DNA from: an uncultured Candidatus Saccharibacteria bacterium
GTDB lineage: Bacteria > Patescibacteriota > Saccharimonadia > Saccharimonadales > CAZDQS01
Assembly: GCA_964507855.1 (NCBI GenBank)
Contig: CAZDQS010000004.1
Location: 14,888 to 78,887, forward strand
Length of the DNA stretch: 64,000 nucleotides
Direction: 5' to 3'
This document shows, piece after piece, positions 18,145 through 26,422 of the stretch. Below the pieces are notes generated by a model that saw only the letters and a list, made by a program, of their open reading frames with translations, ran no database searches and was not told where the DNA came from. Position numbers and translations under genes: made by a program. Every line of letters begins with the position of its first letter. Position 1 is the first letter of the stretch.

Positions 18145-18299
18145 TGGTGACCTCACGGGGAATACAGGTATAATCCGCCCGTTTGCCAGCACGCTGGCGG
18201 GGGATTATCGAACCACCTGGGATTCGATTCCGTTTCTCGGCGAGAAACTACCAATGAAAAACACCCACCAAAAGAGTGGGTGCCTTTCATTGGTGACCC
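18145..18299 (-). repeat. 155-bp direct repeat, distal copy (starts with the 3'-terminal 19 nt of tRNA-Glu)
   Basis: 150 of 155 positions identical to 19168-19322. On the minus strand it reads terminator hairpin, three further hairpins, then ATTCCCCGTGAGGTCACCA. Confidence 0.85.
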
Positions 18300-18514
18300 T
18301 AACCAAAGAGACTGATGCCAGCAATTGTTAGTGTTTGTATCAAATATAAATAGCGTGAAACGCTGCTATACTTGCTCTTGCGGAAGTGCCTACTCTCCCA
18401 GGAAGACTGAGTAGCTCTACAGCTTATATAGCCCCTATCCCATATTCTTAGTGGTGACAGTTATTAGCCTGCTTATCTATGCAGTCAAGGCAGCAGCTAT
18501 CAAATCAGTCGTTT

Positions 18515-19090
18515 CTAATTGGTCGGTGATAGAGTTTTAATAGAGTCGTCCACTGATTTTCGGTAGGTGCCACTGAAGAAACCATCGCCCGCATGCGTGG
18601 GGTCATAGTAATAGAAGTAATCACCGACAGTCTTGTGAGACCAATTGTTTTGTGTTGCACAATCTTCGTTAGTATCACACCTAGCTAAACCTGATTTTGT
18701 ACCTGTCTTCGCTCGATACAGCAGACCCATCTTTTCCTGTGTCTCAGGACCACCACTTAGCTTACCCTCAGCTTCGAGCGAAGGACTGGTTAGACGAACC
18801 GATTCTATCCCCCTATAGTTTTGGTAGTTCTCGTAGGTGAGATCTTGAATCTCATTCGGTACACTAATTTGCACACCCCATTCTTTAATATCGAGGTATT
18901 TACTATTGCTTGCTTCTTTATTTGCTTGATTTGTTGCTGATGACTGTTCGAATTGAGCAGTGCTGGTAGTCTCTTTATTCTTGTTGCTCTGGCGGTCGTA
19001 TACGAGCCAACCCACAGCTCCAAGTAGTCCAACTACAACTACTACGATAAGTATTTCAACGACACTAAAACCTTTTTGATTAGCTTTCAT
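18515..19090 (-). CDS. type IV pilin-like protein (prepilin-type N-terminal cleavage/methylation domain)
   Basis: MKANQKG/FSVVEILIVVVVVGLLGAVGWLVY: G-F cleavage site, Glu at +5, hydrophobic helix. AAGGAG SD upstream of this ATG. Confidence 0.8.
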   Translation of the reverse strand: MKANQKGFSVVEILIVVVVVGLLGAVGWLVYDRQSNKNKETTSTAQFEQSSATNQANKEASNSKYLDIKEWGVQISVPNEIQDLTYENYQNYRGIESVRLTSPSLEAEGKLSGGPETQEKMGLLYRAKTGTKSGLARCDTNEDCATQNNWSHKTVGDYFYYYDPTHAGDGFFSGTYRKSVDDSIKTLSPTN

Positions 19091-19167
19091 ATATTCTCCT
19101 TTATTCTCCTTATGCTCGTTTATAACATGAATGAAATAAAAAAGCACTTGTTAAAGTACTCAATCAT

Positions 19168-19322
19168 TGGTGACCTCACGGGGAATACAGGTATAATCCG
19201 CCCGTTTGCCAGCACGCTGGCGGGGGATTATCGAACCGCCTGGGGTTCGATTCCGTTTCTCGGTGAGAAACTACCAATGAAAAACACCCACCTGAAGAGT
19301 GGGTGCCTTTCATTGGTGACCT
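19168..19322 (-). repeat. 155-bp direct repeat, tRNA-proximal copy
   Basis: See 18145-18299. Its last 9 nt (19314-19322) are the real 3' end of tRNA-Glu. Confidence 0.85.
19276..19313 (-). terminator. Rho-independent terminator directly after tRNA-Glu
   Basis: Minus strand: GGCACCCAC-TCTTCAG-GTGGGTG followed by TTTTTC. Confidence 0.7.
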
Positions 19323-19388
19323 CACGGGGAATCGAACCCCGATTGCCAGGATGAGAACCTGGTGTCCTAACCGTTAGACGATGAGGCC
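19314..19388 (-). tRNA. tRNA-Glu (anticodon CTC)
   Basis: Manual cloverleaf: GGCCTCA/TGAGGTC acceptor (one G.U), D arm GTCT-AACGGTTA-GGAC, anticodon arm CCAGG-TTCTCAT-CCTGG, T arm CGGGG-TTCGATT-CCCCG, encoded ACCA. Confidence 0.92.
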
Positions 19389-19645
19389 ACAGCTTGCGGC
19401 AGATATTATCTCCTGCATGACAATCTATTGCAAAAAGTACGGACGGTCTTGGTGTCCTAGTCACGTTCCGCGCCCCCGAAACTTTCATACTACAAACAAG
19501 TTTGTAATCTGAAAGGTTTCCTTGCATACCGCCACTGGCGGTATTCACACCAGACGATGGGGCCGGATCGGCATAAGCCCGAGGCAATGTATCGTCGCAA
19601 AAGACCAACAAATCGTACCACAACAGGGGCGAATTGTCTACCTAG

Positions 19646-19681
19646 CCAAATAAAACCGGTCGGTACAAGCGTACCGGCCGG
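19646..19681 (-). terminator. Rho-independent terminator-like hairpin (minus strand)
   Basis: Minus strand: CCGGCCGGTAC-GCTT-GTACCGACCGG followed by TTTTATTT; no annotated gene upstream of it. Confidence 0.5.
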
Positions 19682-19879
19682 ATGCGCGCATACTTAGATG
19701 TTTCGCCAAAACAACTAAGGGAGGGGGTTTGTTGTTTTTGGTTTATGCCCACCTAAATAGCAACTTCATGGTAGCAATGTAATTCCAAGCTTGTCAATAT
19801 GCTAATGCTTTATACAATACTAGTTTAGGCCGCAACAAAAACGTATACTTCTAGGTAAGCATAATGCTTATGTAAAACC

Positions 19880-21646
19880 ATGCAAACCGTAAAACCATAT
19901 TGGTACCGCCTCTATTACGGCTGGATGCTCCTCTATAGCATCGGGCTGCTTGCTGGCTTTTTTGCGGTTAAATACTTCCCGTCGCTTGAGTCACTCGGCC
20001 AACATTTTGAGCTTACAACCACAACGGCACTCTTGTCCGGGCTATACCTCTTTTACGCACTAACTGTTTTCTGGTTTATACGCAAACGCAATGAGCAGTT
20101 AGCATTATTTGCGGGACTGTGGATCTTCGCCATGATTCTCCTTAATGGACTGGGGCAGACCAACCCGCACTTCAGCAACCTCCTCTATGCGCTCCCCTGG
20201 ATTGCCATGGCGGCATTCAACGGCATGTTCGGCGCGCCTATCGCACTTGGCTCGGTGTGTCTCACGGGCGTGTATATCGTACTCGAACACGAGTTTGACT
20301 TCATGAGCTTGAGCGGTGTTTCCGTGTTCCTGTTTGTTGCCGATGCCATTGCTGCCTACGGCTGCTACCGCTTATGGCGACGCGTCTATATCAACGTCAA
20401 CGAGGCACGCATTCAGCAACTGACCGGAATGATTGTCAACAAAGACGTGCAGTCCCAGATACTCATTGAGTCCATTAACGAAGGTGTCATCGGCTTTGAC
20501 CACGAAGGTGTTGTGCGCATCATCAACCCGGCTGCCGCCAAGCTTACCGGCTGGGACACCAAAGACGCCCAGAACCTCGATGTCAACGCCGTCATGATGC
20601 TCGCACAAGAAGACAGCACCCCGCTCGAGAGGGAAGAAAACCCAATTTCCTTGGCAATTACCAGCAAGCAACACGTCAATAAAACTTTGCAGTTAACAAG
20701 CAAGACCGGCAACAAAACAATTATTTCACTCTCTGTATCGCCAGTCATCGTGCCTGATATCGACCAGCCAGTCGGAGGCGTAGCGGTGTTCCGCGATATC
20801 AGCGCCGACAGGGAAGAGGAACAGCGTCGGGCAGAGTTCATCAGCACTGCCAGCCACGAAATGCGCACACCGGTAGCAGCAATCGAAGGCTACCTAGCGC
20901 TCGCCATGAACGACCGCGTTAGCCGGATTGACAGCAAGGCCCGGTCATACCTCGAAAAAGCCCACTCCTCCACGCAACACCTCGGCAAACTTTTCCAAGA
21001 CCTGCTCACCAGTGCGCGGGCAGAGGATGGACGCCTGGCAAGCCATCCGGTCGTGGTCGAGATGGGCGAGTTCCTTGAGAGGCTAGCAGAAGATTTGCGC
21101 TTCGCGGCACAAAAGAAGGGCCTGCAAATGGAGTTTGTCATGAGCAGCGGCGCTGCCGATCAAGTCTCAATCGACGCAACCGCCAGCAACAACAAAATCG
21201 TCCGCCCCCTCTACTACGTTCACGTCGACCCTGACCGCATCCGAGAGGTAGTTACGAACCTCTTTGATAACGCCGTCAAGTACACCGAGAGCGGCAAGGT
21301 CAGCCTCGGCCTCACGGGCGACCAAGCAGTTGTCCAGGTATACGTCCGCGACACCGGCGCTGGCATTCCTGCCGAAGACATCCCGCACCTTTTCCAGAAA
21401 TTCTACCGGGTCGACAGCTCCGCCACCCGCACAGTAGGCGGCACGGGCCTCGGCCTCTTTATTTGCCGCAAGATTGTTGAGTTGTATCAAGGTCGTATCT
21501 GGGTTGAGAGCGAACCAGGCAAGGGCAGCACCTTCTACATTAACTTGCCGCGCCTCGGTACTGCCCGGGCAGAAGAATTACGCGCAAAAGAAGCCTCCCA
21601 CCACTTATCTTCTGTTCCTGGGCATGGTACAATACGGACAACATAA
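19880..21646 (+). CDS. membrane sensor histidine kinase (multi-TM, PAS, HisKA, HATPase_c)
   Basis: H-box STASHEMRTP; N/G boxes NLFDNAVKYT, DTGAGIP, GGTGLGLFICRKIV; N-terminal hydrophobic helices. A TTGTCA-16-TACAAT promoter-like site lies about 80 nt upstream. Confidence 0.9.
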   Translation: MQTVKPYWYRLYYGWMLLYSIGLLAGFFAVKYFPSLESLGQHFELTTTTALLSGLYLFYALTVFWFIRKRNEQLALFAGLWIFAMILLNGLGQTNPHFSNLLYALPWIAMAAFNGMFGAPIALGSVCLTGVYIVLEHEFDFMSLSGVSVFLFVADAIAAYGCYRLWRRVYINVNEARIQQLTGMIVNKDVQSQILIESINEGVIGFDHEGVVRIINPAAAKLTGWDTKDAQNLDVNAVMMLAQEDSTPLEREENPISLAITSKQHVNKTLQLTSKTGNKTIISLSVSPVIVPDIDQPVGGVAVFRDISADREEEQRRAEFISTASHEMRTPVAAIEGYLALAMNDRVSRIDSKARSYLEKAHSSTQHLGKLFQDLLTSARAEDGRLASHPVVVEMGEFLERLAEDLRFAAQKKGLQMEFVMSSGAADQVSIDATASNNKIVRPLYYVHVDPDRIREVVTNLFDNAVKYTESGKVSLGLTGDQAVVQVYVRDTGAGIPAEDIPHLFQKFYRVDSSATRTVGGTGLGLFICRKIVELYQGRIWVESEPGKGSTFYINLPRLGTARAEELRAKEASHHLSSVPGHGTIRTT

Positions 21647-21678
21647 GCGATATAAAAGCCTAAGCAAGGGTATCAAAG

Positions 21679-23238
21679 ATGGCAAAAATAATGCTGGTCG
21701 AAGACGACAACAACCTGCGCGAGATCTACGAAGCTCGACTAGCCGCAGAGGGATATGAAATTATTTCCGCCGCGGACGGCGAAGAAGCCTTGGCGTTGGC
21801 GGTTAAAGAACGTCCGGACCTCATCATCTCCGATATTATGATGCCGAAAATCAGCGGCTTTGACATGCTTGACCTGCTCCGCAGCACCCCTGCAACCCGC
21901 GATTCAAAAGTCATCATGATGACTGCCCTAAGCCAGGCCGAGGACAAGACTCGCGCCACCAACCTTGGCGCCGACAGATACCTGGTTAAGTCACAGGTTA
22001 CCTTAGAGGACGTGGCCCGCGTCGCACGCGAAATGCTCGAGGAAGACGCCTCCAGTCAACCGCCGCCAATCAATAGCACGTCGGACTCCCCACAGACTGA
22101 AGGCACGACGCCACAGCCCGCACCGACTGCCGCTCCTACGCCTGATCCAGCAGCCACAGGAACTGCGCAACCAGCCCCGCAGCCAAGCGATGACTCTAAT
22201 AATGATCCGACACAAACTCCGCCGCCCCAACCGCCTGCGGACCCTCCAGTCGCGCCGCAGGATACGCCACCACCGGCAGCACCGCCTCCCACTGAAAACA
22301 ACGCTGCCGCAACCGTCTCAAACGAGCCTGCAGCCAACCAGGCCGTTTTTAATACGAGCCCCGATCAAGCGACTGCACAGACCACAGAAACCGAAGCAGC
22401 TGCCGTCGAATCTCAAATACAAGATTTTATCAACAACCTCAAGGTGAGCAACGACACCCCCGTAGCTCCCGAGGGTGTACCAGGTACAGCACCCGCCCCA
22501 GCAGAGACAACGATTCCAGCCGAGCAGCCGTCACCAGTGCCCGACCAACCAGCAGAAACACCAGCCCCGGCACCTGACGACCCAACCAAGGGCGTAATCC
22601 CAGATACGATACCACCTGCTGAGACGCAAGAAGTTGTCCCAGAGACACCAGTGCCAGCTCCGGCAGCACCCGCCGCTACTCCCGCACAAGAGCCAGCCCA
22701 GCAAGCTCCAGCGCAGACCATATCCGTCAGCCAACCCCCTGAGCCGGCTACTCCAGCACCGACACCGGCTCCTACACCGCAAGAGCCCGCTGCACCAGTC
22801 CCGCCACCGGCCGCACCAACCCCAGAGCCCGTACCTGCGCCCCAGACGCCCACGAGTCCGGCTCCTGCCGCCGATACAACCATCATTCCAGTCATCACCC
22901 CCGAGGCAAAACCACCGCAACCCGCTCCGGCAGAAACGCAAGAATCAACAGTACAAGTTGCCCATCCCGCTCACCAAAAAGTCATCCAACCCATCAACGA
23001 CATTACGAAAGGTTCGGTAGACCTTAACGCACTGCTCGCCGAAGAACAGGCAAGAGAACAGGCCACCGCTGGCGCCACGGCGCCCCAGGTAACAGCCGTC
23101 GTTAGCCCAGACCCCGTGGCTACGCCAGCCGATAATCCAGCTCAACCCACGGCGCCCGCCCCCGTCCCGGACTTGCCTGCCAACCAAAATATTGCCCCGC
23201 CCGGCACCACCTTTGACCCCAATAGTGTTTCGCTGTAA
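21679..23238 (+). CDS. response regulator receiver domain fused to a ~390-aa Pro/Ala/Thr/Gln-rich low-complexity tail
   Basis: REC motifs: MLVEDD, DLIISDIMMPKISGF, MMTAL, K in YLVKS. No DNA-binding or enzymatic output domain recognisable. Confidence 0.85.
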   Translation: MAKIMLVEDDNNLREIYEARLAAEGYEIISAADGEEALALAVKERPDLIISDIMMPKISGFDMLDLLRSTPATRDSKVIMMTALSQAEDKTRATNLGADRYLVKSQVTLEDVARVAREMLEEDASSQPPPINSTSDSPQTEGTTPQPAPTAAPTPDPAATGTAQPAPQPSDDSNNDPTQTPPPQPPADPPVAPQDTPPPAAPPPTENNAAATVSNEPAANQAVFNTSPDQATAQTTETEAAAVESQIQDFINNLKVSNDTPVAPEGVPGTAPAPAETTIPAEQPSPVPDQPAETPAPAPDDPTKGVIPDTIPPAETQEVVPETPVPAPAAPAATPAQEPAQQAPAQTISVSQPPEPATPAPTPAPTPQEPAAPVPPPAAPTPEPVPAPQTPTSPAPAADTTIIPVITPEAKPPQPAPAETQESTVQVAHPAHQKVIQPINDITKGSVDLNALLAEEQAREQATAGATAPQVTAVVSPDPVATPADNPAQPTAPAPVPDLPANQNIAPPGTTFDPNSVSL

Positions 23239-23262
23239 GGCCCTACACTGTAAGCTACCTGT

Positions 23263-23925
23263 ATGAGGTTAAACCGATACATTGCGCTCGCCACCGGCAT
23301 GAGCCGCCGGGCTGCTGATAAGGCAATTACAGCCGGCCAAGTGCTTGTAAATGGCCGACGGCCCGATCTTGGTCAGGACGTAACAGATACGGACCAGATA
23401 ACGCTCGGCGGCCAAAAACTAACAAACCATGTCAATATATTGACATACTTGCTCCATAAACCCATCGGTTACGTCAGCTCACGAGACGGACAGGGAAATA
23501 AGACTATCTACGATTTGCTTCCACCAGAGCTTCACCACCTCAAGCCGGTCGGGCGTCTGGACAAGAACTCTTCTGGCCTGCTTCTTCTCACCAATGACGG
23601 CACGCTCGCCTACGAGTTGACCCATCCAAGCTTCCAAAAAACCAAAGTATACAAGATTGCCCTCAATCGGCCGCTAGAGAGCGCAGACAAGTCAGCAATC
23701 TTAAGCGGCAAGGTCATGCTGGACGGTCTGCCGAGCAAGCTCCGTCTTGAACCTATCAACGACCGGGACACGACTAACTGGAAAGTTATCATGCAAGAAG
23801 GCCGCAACCGTCAAATCCGCCGAACCTTCGAAGCTGTTGGCTATAACGTCGTCAAACTCCACCGCACACACTTCGGTCAGTACTCATTGGGTGGTTTAAA
23901 CGAAGGTCAATTTACTGTTGTATAA
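23263..23925 (+). CDS. pseudouridine synthase, RsuA/RluB family (S4 domain + catalytic domain)
   Basis: MRLNRYIALATGMSRRAADKAI (S4) and GRLDKNSSGLLLLTNDG catalytic Asp motif. Confidence 0.85.
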   Translation: MRLNRYIALATGMSRRAADKAITAGQVLVNGRRPDLGQDVTDTDQITLGGQKLTNHVNILTYLLHKPIGYVSSRDGQGNKTIYDLLPPELHHLKPVGRLDKNSSGLLLLTNDGTLAYELTHPSFQKTKVYKIALNRPLESADKSAILSGKVMLDGLPSKLRLEPINDRDTTNWKVIMQEGRNRQIRRTFEAVGYNVVKLHRTHFGQYSLGGLNEGQFTVV

Positions 23926-24794
23926 GAAGCTATCCCTAAAGTTCCCAGCCCGGCCTGGCCGATAGCTTCAACAATTCTGGGATTAGGATAAAAAGAATCG
24001 TGCAATGAGGCATACTCTTGCCGTATTTGTTCTACAATACAGTCTGGCACGCCAGCAAATACATCTCCATCACTGGTGCGCAATGCTTGATAATTGGCGC
24101 CGACATGGTAAGCCTCTAACTCTTTACGCCATTGAACTTGGAGATATTCATCTGTATTAAATGGCATAATAGGATTGCTAAGAGCTTGCACAACATGTTG
24201 TAGCTCATGGGCGAGCACAGCCTCCCCCTTAAGCCGGCTGCATGGCGTGTCGTCGCTCATAGAGAGCATAGCAATAGGTTTCCCGGTAAAAATGCGGGTG
24301 TTGTCTCCCCCTAGATTTGGGTACAAGAATGTACTAAGTGTTGAACTGGCGGCCGGATACGTAACTCGTCCGTTATATCCATCAATCGACCATGCGTACT
24401 CCCATCTCTTAAATGCCTTTTCGATACATTCGACTACATCCCATCCCGCGAACCCTTTGGCTTCATCAATAGCCCATGCTTCTGCAGTTTCAGCTACGCG
24501 CAACCGTTGTTCGGGGCTCATGGTTTTCAATGAAGCATCCAGCCGCAGCGTCTCCCCTGGCTTCATAGCTATCACAGGAGTAGTATTCGCATCTCTGTGC
24601 TTCTTAGGAGCACTCACCGTTCCGTCTTTGATATTTGGCACATACAGAGCCTCGGCAGCACACAAGAGGTCCACTGCAAACTTCCCTAAGACCGCCTGCG
24701 TTTCTTCCCAGCTTAGTACCTCGATAACTTCTTTTTGGACGCGCTCCACAAACCTTGAGCGACGACGGGCTTCAAAAGAGACAAACTGCATCAT
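23907..24794 (-). CDS. hypothetical protein with HExxH metallopeptidase-like motif
   Basis: VLAHELQHVVQAL motif; otherwise no recognisable family; 19-nt convergent overlap with the preceding gene. Confidence 0.55.
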   Translation of the reverse strand: MMQFVSFEARRRSRFVERVQKEVIEVLSWEETQAVLGKFAVDLLCAAEALYVPNIKDGTVSAPKKHRDANTTPVIAMKPGETLRLDASLKTMSPEQRLRVAETAEAWAIDEAKGFAGWDVVECIEKAFKRWEYAWSIDGYNGRVTYPAASSTLSTFLYPNLGGDNTRIFTGKPIAMLSMSDDTPCSRLKGEAVLAHELQHVVQALSNPIMPFNTDEYLQVQWRKELEAYHVGANYQALRTSDGDVFAGVPDCIVEQIRQEYASLHDSFYPNPRIVEAIGQAGLGTLGIASYTTVN

Positions 24795-24856
24795 ACTTTA
24801 ATACCATTATTTTATACTGTCGTCAACGTCGCTTATCTGTTATAATGTATCCTTGA

Positions 24857-26377
24857 ATGAAAAAATTACCCATCGTAGCCATCGTCGGACGAGCGAATGT
24901 TGGCAAGTCCAGCTTGTTTAACGCCATCCTGGAGCGGCGTGAGGCAATTGTTGCCGACGAGCCAGGCACGACCCGCGATGCCATCACCGCCAAAGCAACT
25001 ATCTGGAGTCGAGAAAGCGAGACGAAATCCTCGCCGCATTTGGATGGAGCGCAAGGCGAAGGCGAGCAGCGGACCGAGGCGTATACGAAATACGACGAGG
25101 GAGCAGCACAGCCTTCCACGCAGCGATCCGCCAAAAATGCCAGCAGGGTTGACGGCTCTGCAGGCAAGCAGGCTGGTATGGTGCGGCAGGATTTCTGGCT
25201 CGTGGATACGGCCGGTATGAAAACGGCCGAAGATGACTTCGAGCTCACTATCCAAGAGCAGATTATGGAAGCGGCCGCAGCAGCCGATATCATCTTGGTC
25301 GTTATCGAAGCACACGTGACAATCACTGAAGAGGACCGCCGGGTCGCCAAGCTAGCCTTAAAGAGCAAAAAGCCGGTAATTCTCGTCGTCAATAAGGCCG
25401 ACAAGTCTCGCGGTGCTGCTCCAGAAGACTACCTTCGCCTCGGCATCAAAGAAATCTATCTCACCAGCACGACACAACGCGATGGTATCGATGACCTGCT
25501 TGAGGGTTTAAGTGATCAATTGCCCCAAGCTACCCTCCAGGAGGCCAGCGACCGCCTGCACATTGCAATCCTGGGCCGTCCGAACGTCGGCAAATCCCGG
25601 CTCTTCAACACGCTTGCCAAGAAACAGCAGGCAATCGTCGCCGACCGTGCCGGCACAACCCGCGACATTAACCGCACGACGGTGCGCTATCACGGCAGGG
25701 AAATCGAAATTATGGATACCGCCGGTATTCGCCGCAGCGGCAAAATCGAGCAGGGCGTGGAGCGGTTCAGTGTCATCCGGTCCTTAAGCGCCATCGAACA
25801 AGCCGACATCTGCCTCTTGCTCCTCGACGTTAATGAGCTAAGCACAGCGCTTGATCAAAAAATCGCCGGCATGATCAAAGAAGCCGGCAGAGGTCTGGTC
25901 CTCGTCGTCAGCAAGTGGGACTCGCTTGAAGAAAAGACACCCTTTAGTCGCGACCAAATCGCCCCCGAAATACAAGCCAGCTTTGAGTTCGTACCGTGGG
26001 CACCGCTCGTATTTACAAGCTCTGTCACCGGCCAAAACGTCACCAAGCTCTTCGAACTTGCGCTCGAAATAGACGAACGTCGCAAGCAACAGATAAAGAC
26101 CACCGAATTAAACCGCTGGCTTCGCCAGGTAGTAGACAAGCATCCGCCGGCCGGCCTCAAGAACCGCCAGCCCAAACTCAACTACATGGTACAAGAGGAC
26201 AATCCCATCCCGTCATTCCGCGTCTACGGCGCGCACACGAAGTTCCTCCACTGGTCATACAAGCGTTTTATGGAGCGAGACTTCCGCGAGCACTATGACT
26301 ACATTGGCTCACCGGTCAAATTCTGGTTCATCGAAAAACACGAAACGCACAAGCACGGCCAAGCGCCTCGCAAATAG
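24857..26377 (+). CDS. der: ribosome-associated GTPase Der (EngA) with a ~58-codon in-frame insertion in GTPase domain 1
   Basis: Two G domains (GRANVGKSSLFN ... DTAG ... NKAD; GRPNVGKSRLFN ... DTAGIR ... SKWD) plus KH-like C-terminus. Extra segment between ATIW and FWLVDTAG. Confidence 0.92.
   Translation: MKKLPIVAIVGRANVGKSSLFNAILERREAIVADEPGTTRDAITAKATIWSRESETKSSPHLDGAQGEGEQRTEAYTKYDEGAAQPSTQRSAKNASRVDGSAGKQAGMVRQDFWLVDTAGMKTAEDDFELTIQEQIMEAAAAADIILVVIEAHVTITEEDRRVAKLALKSKKPVILVVNKADKSRGAAPEDYLRLGIKEIYLTSTTQRDGIDDLLEGLSDQLPQATLQEASDRLHIAILGRPNVGKSRLFNTLAKKQQAIVADRAGTTRDINRTTVRYHGREIEIMDTAGIRRSGKIEQGVERFSVIRSLSAIEQADICLLLLDVNELSTALDQKIAGMIKEAGRGLVLVVSKWDSLEEKTPFSRDQIAPEIQASFEFVPWAPLVFTSSVTGQNVTKLFELALEIDERRKQQIKTTELNRWLRQVVDKHPPAGLKNRQPKLNYMVQEDNPIPSFRVYGAHTKFLHWSYKRFMERDFREHYDYIGSPVKFWFIEKHETHKHGQAPRK
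25024..25195 (+). repeat. family-1 palindromic insertion element, diverged copy C (172 nt)
   Basis: Terminal helix 25024-25038/25182-25195 (14 bp, one bulge). Core shares CGCAAG, GAGGCGTA-hairpin-TACG, GCCAA and GCCAG..AGCAGG..GACGG blocks with copies A and B. Confidence 0.6.
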
Positions 26378-26422
26378 CCGTTTTCCTTGCTCTCGCTTGC
26401 TCGATACGGGATACTATCTGCC

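Noticed and set aside
19561-19600. The minus-strand sequence ACATTGCCTCGGGCTTATGCCGATCC resembles the RNase P RNA CR-IV region (ACAGAANCCGGCUUA)
   Set aside because: No GGAAAGUCCGGGC (CR-I) or other conserved regions are present within the about 300 nt available upstream. The similarity is too short to call.
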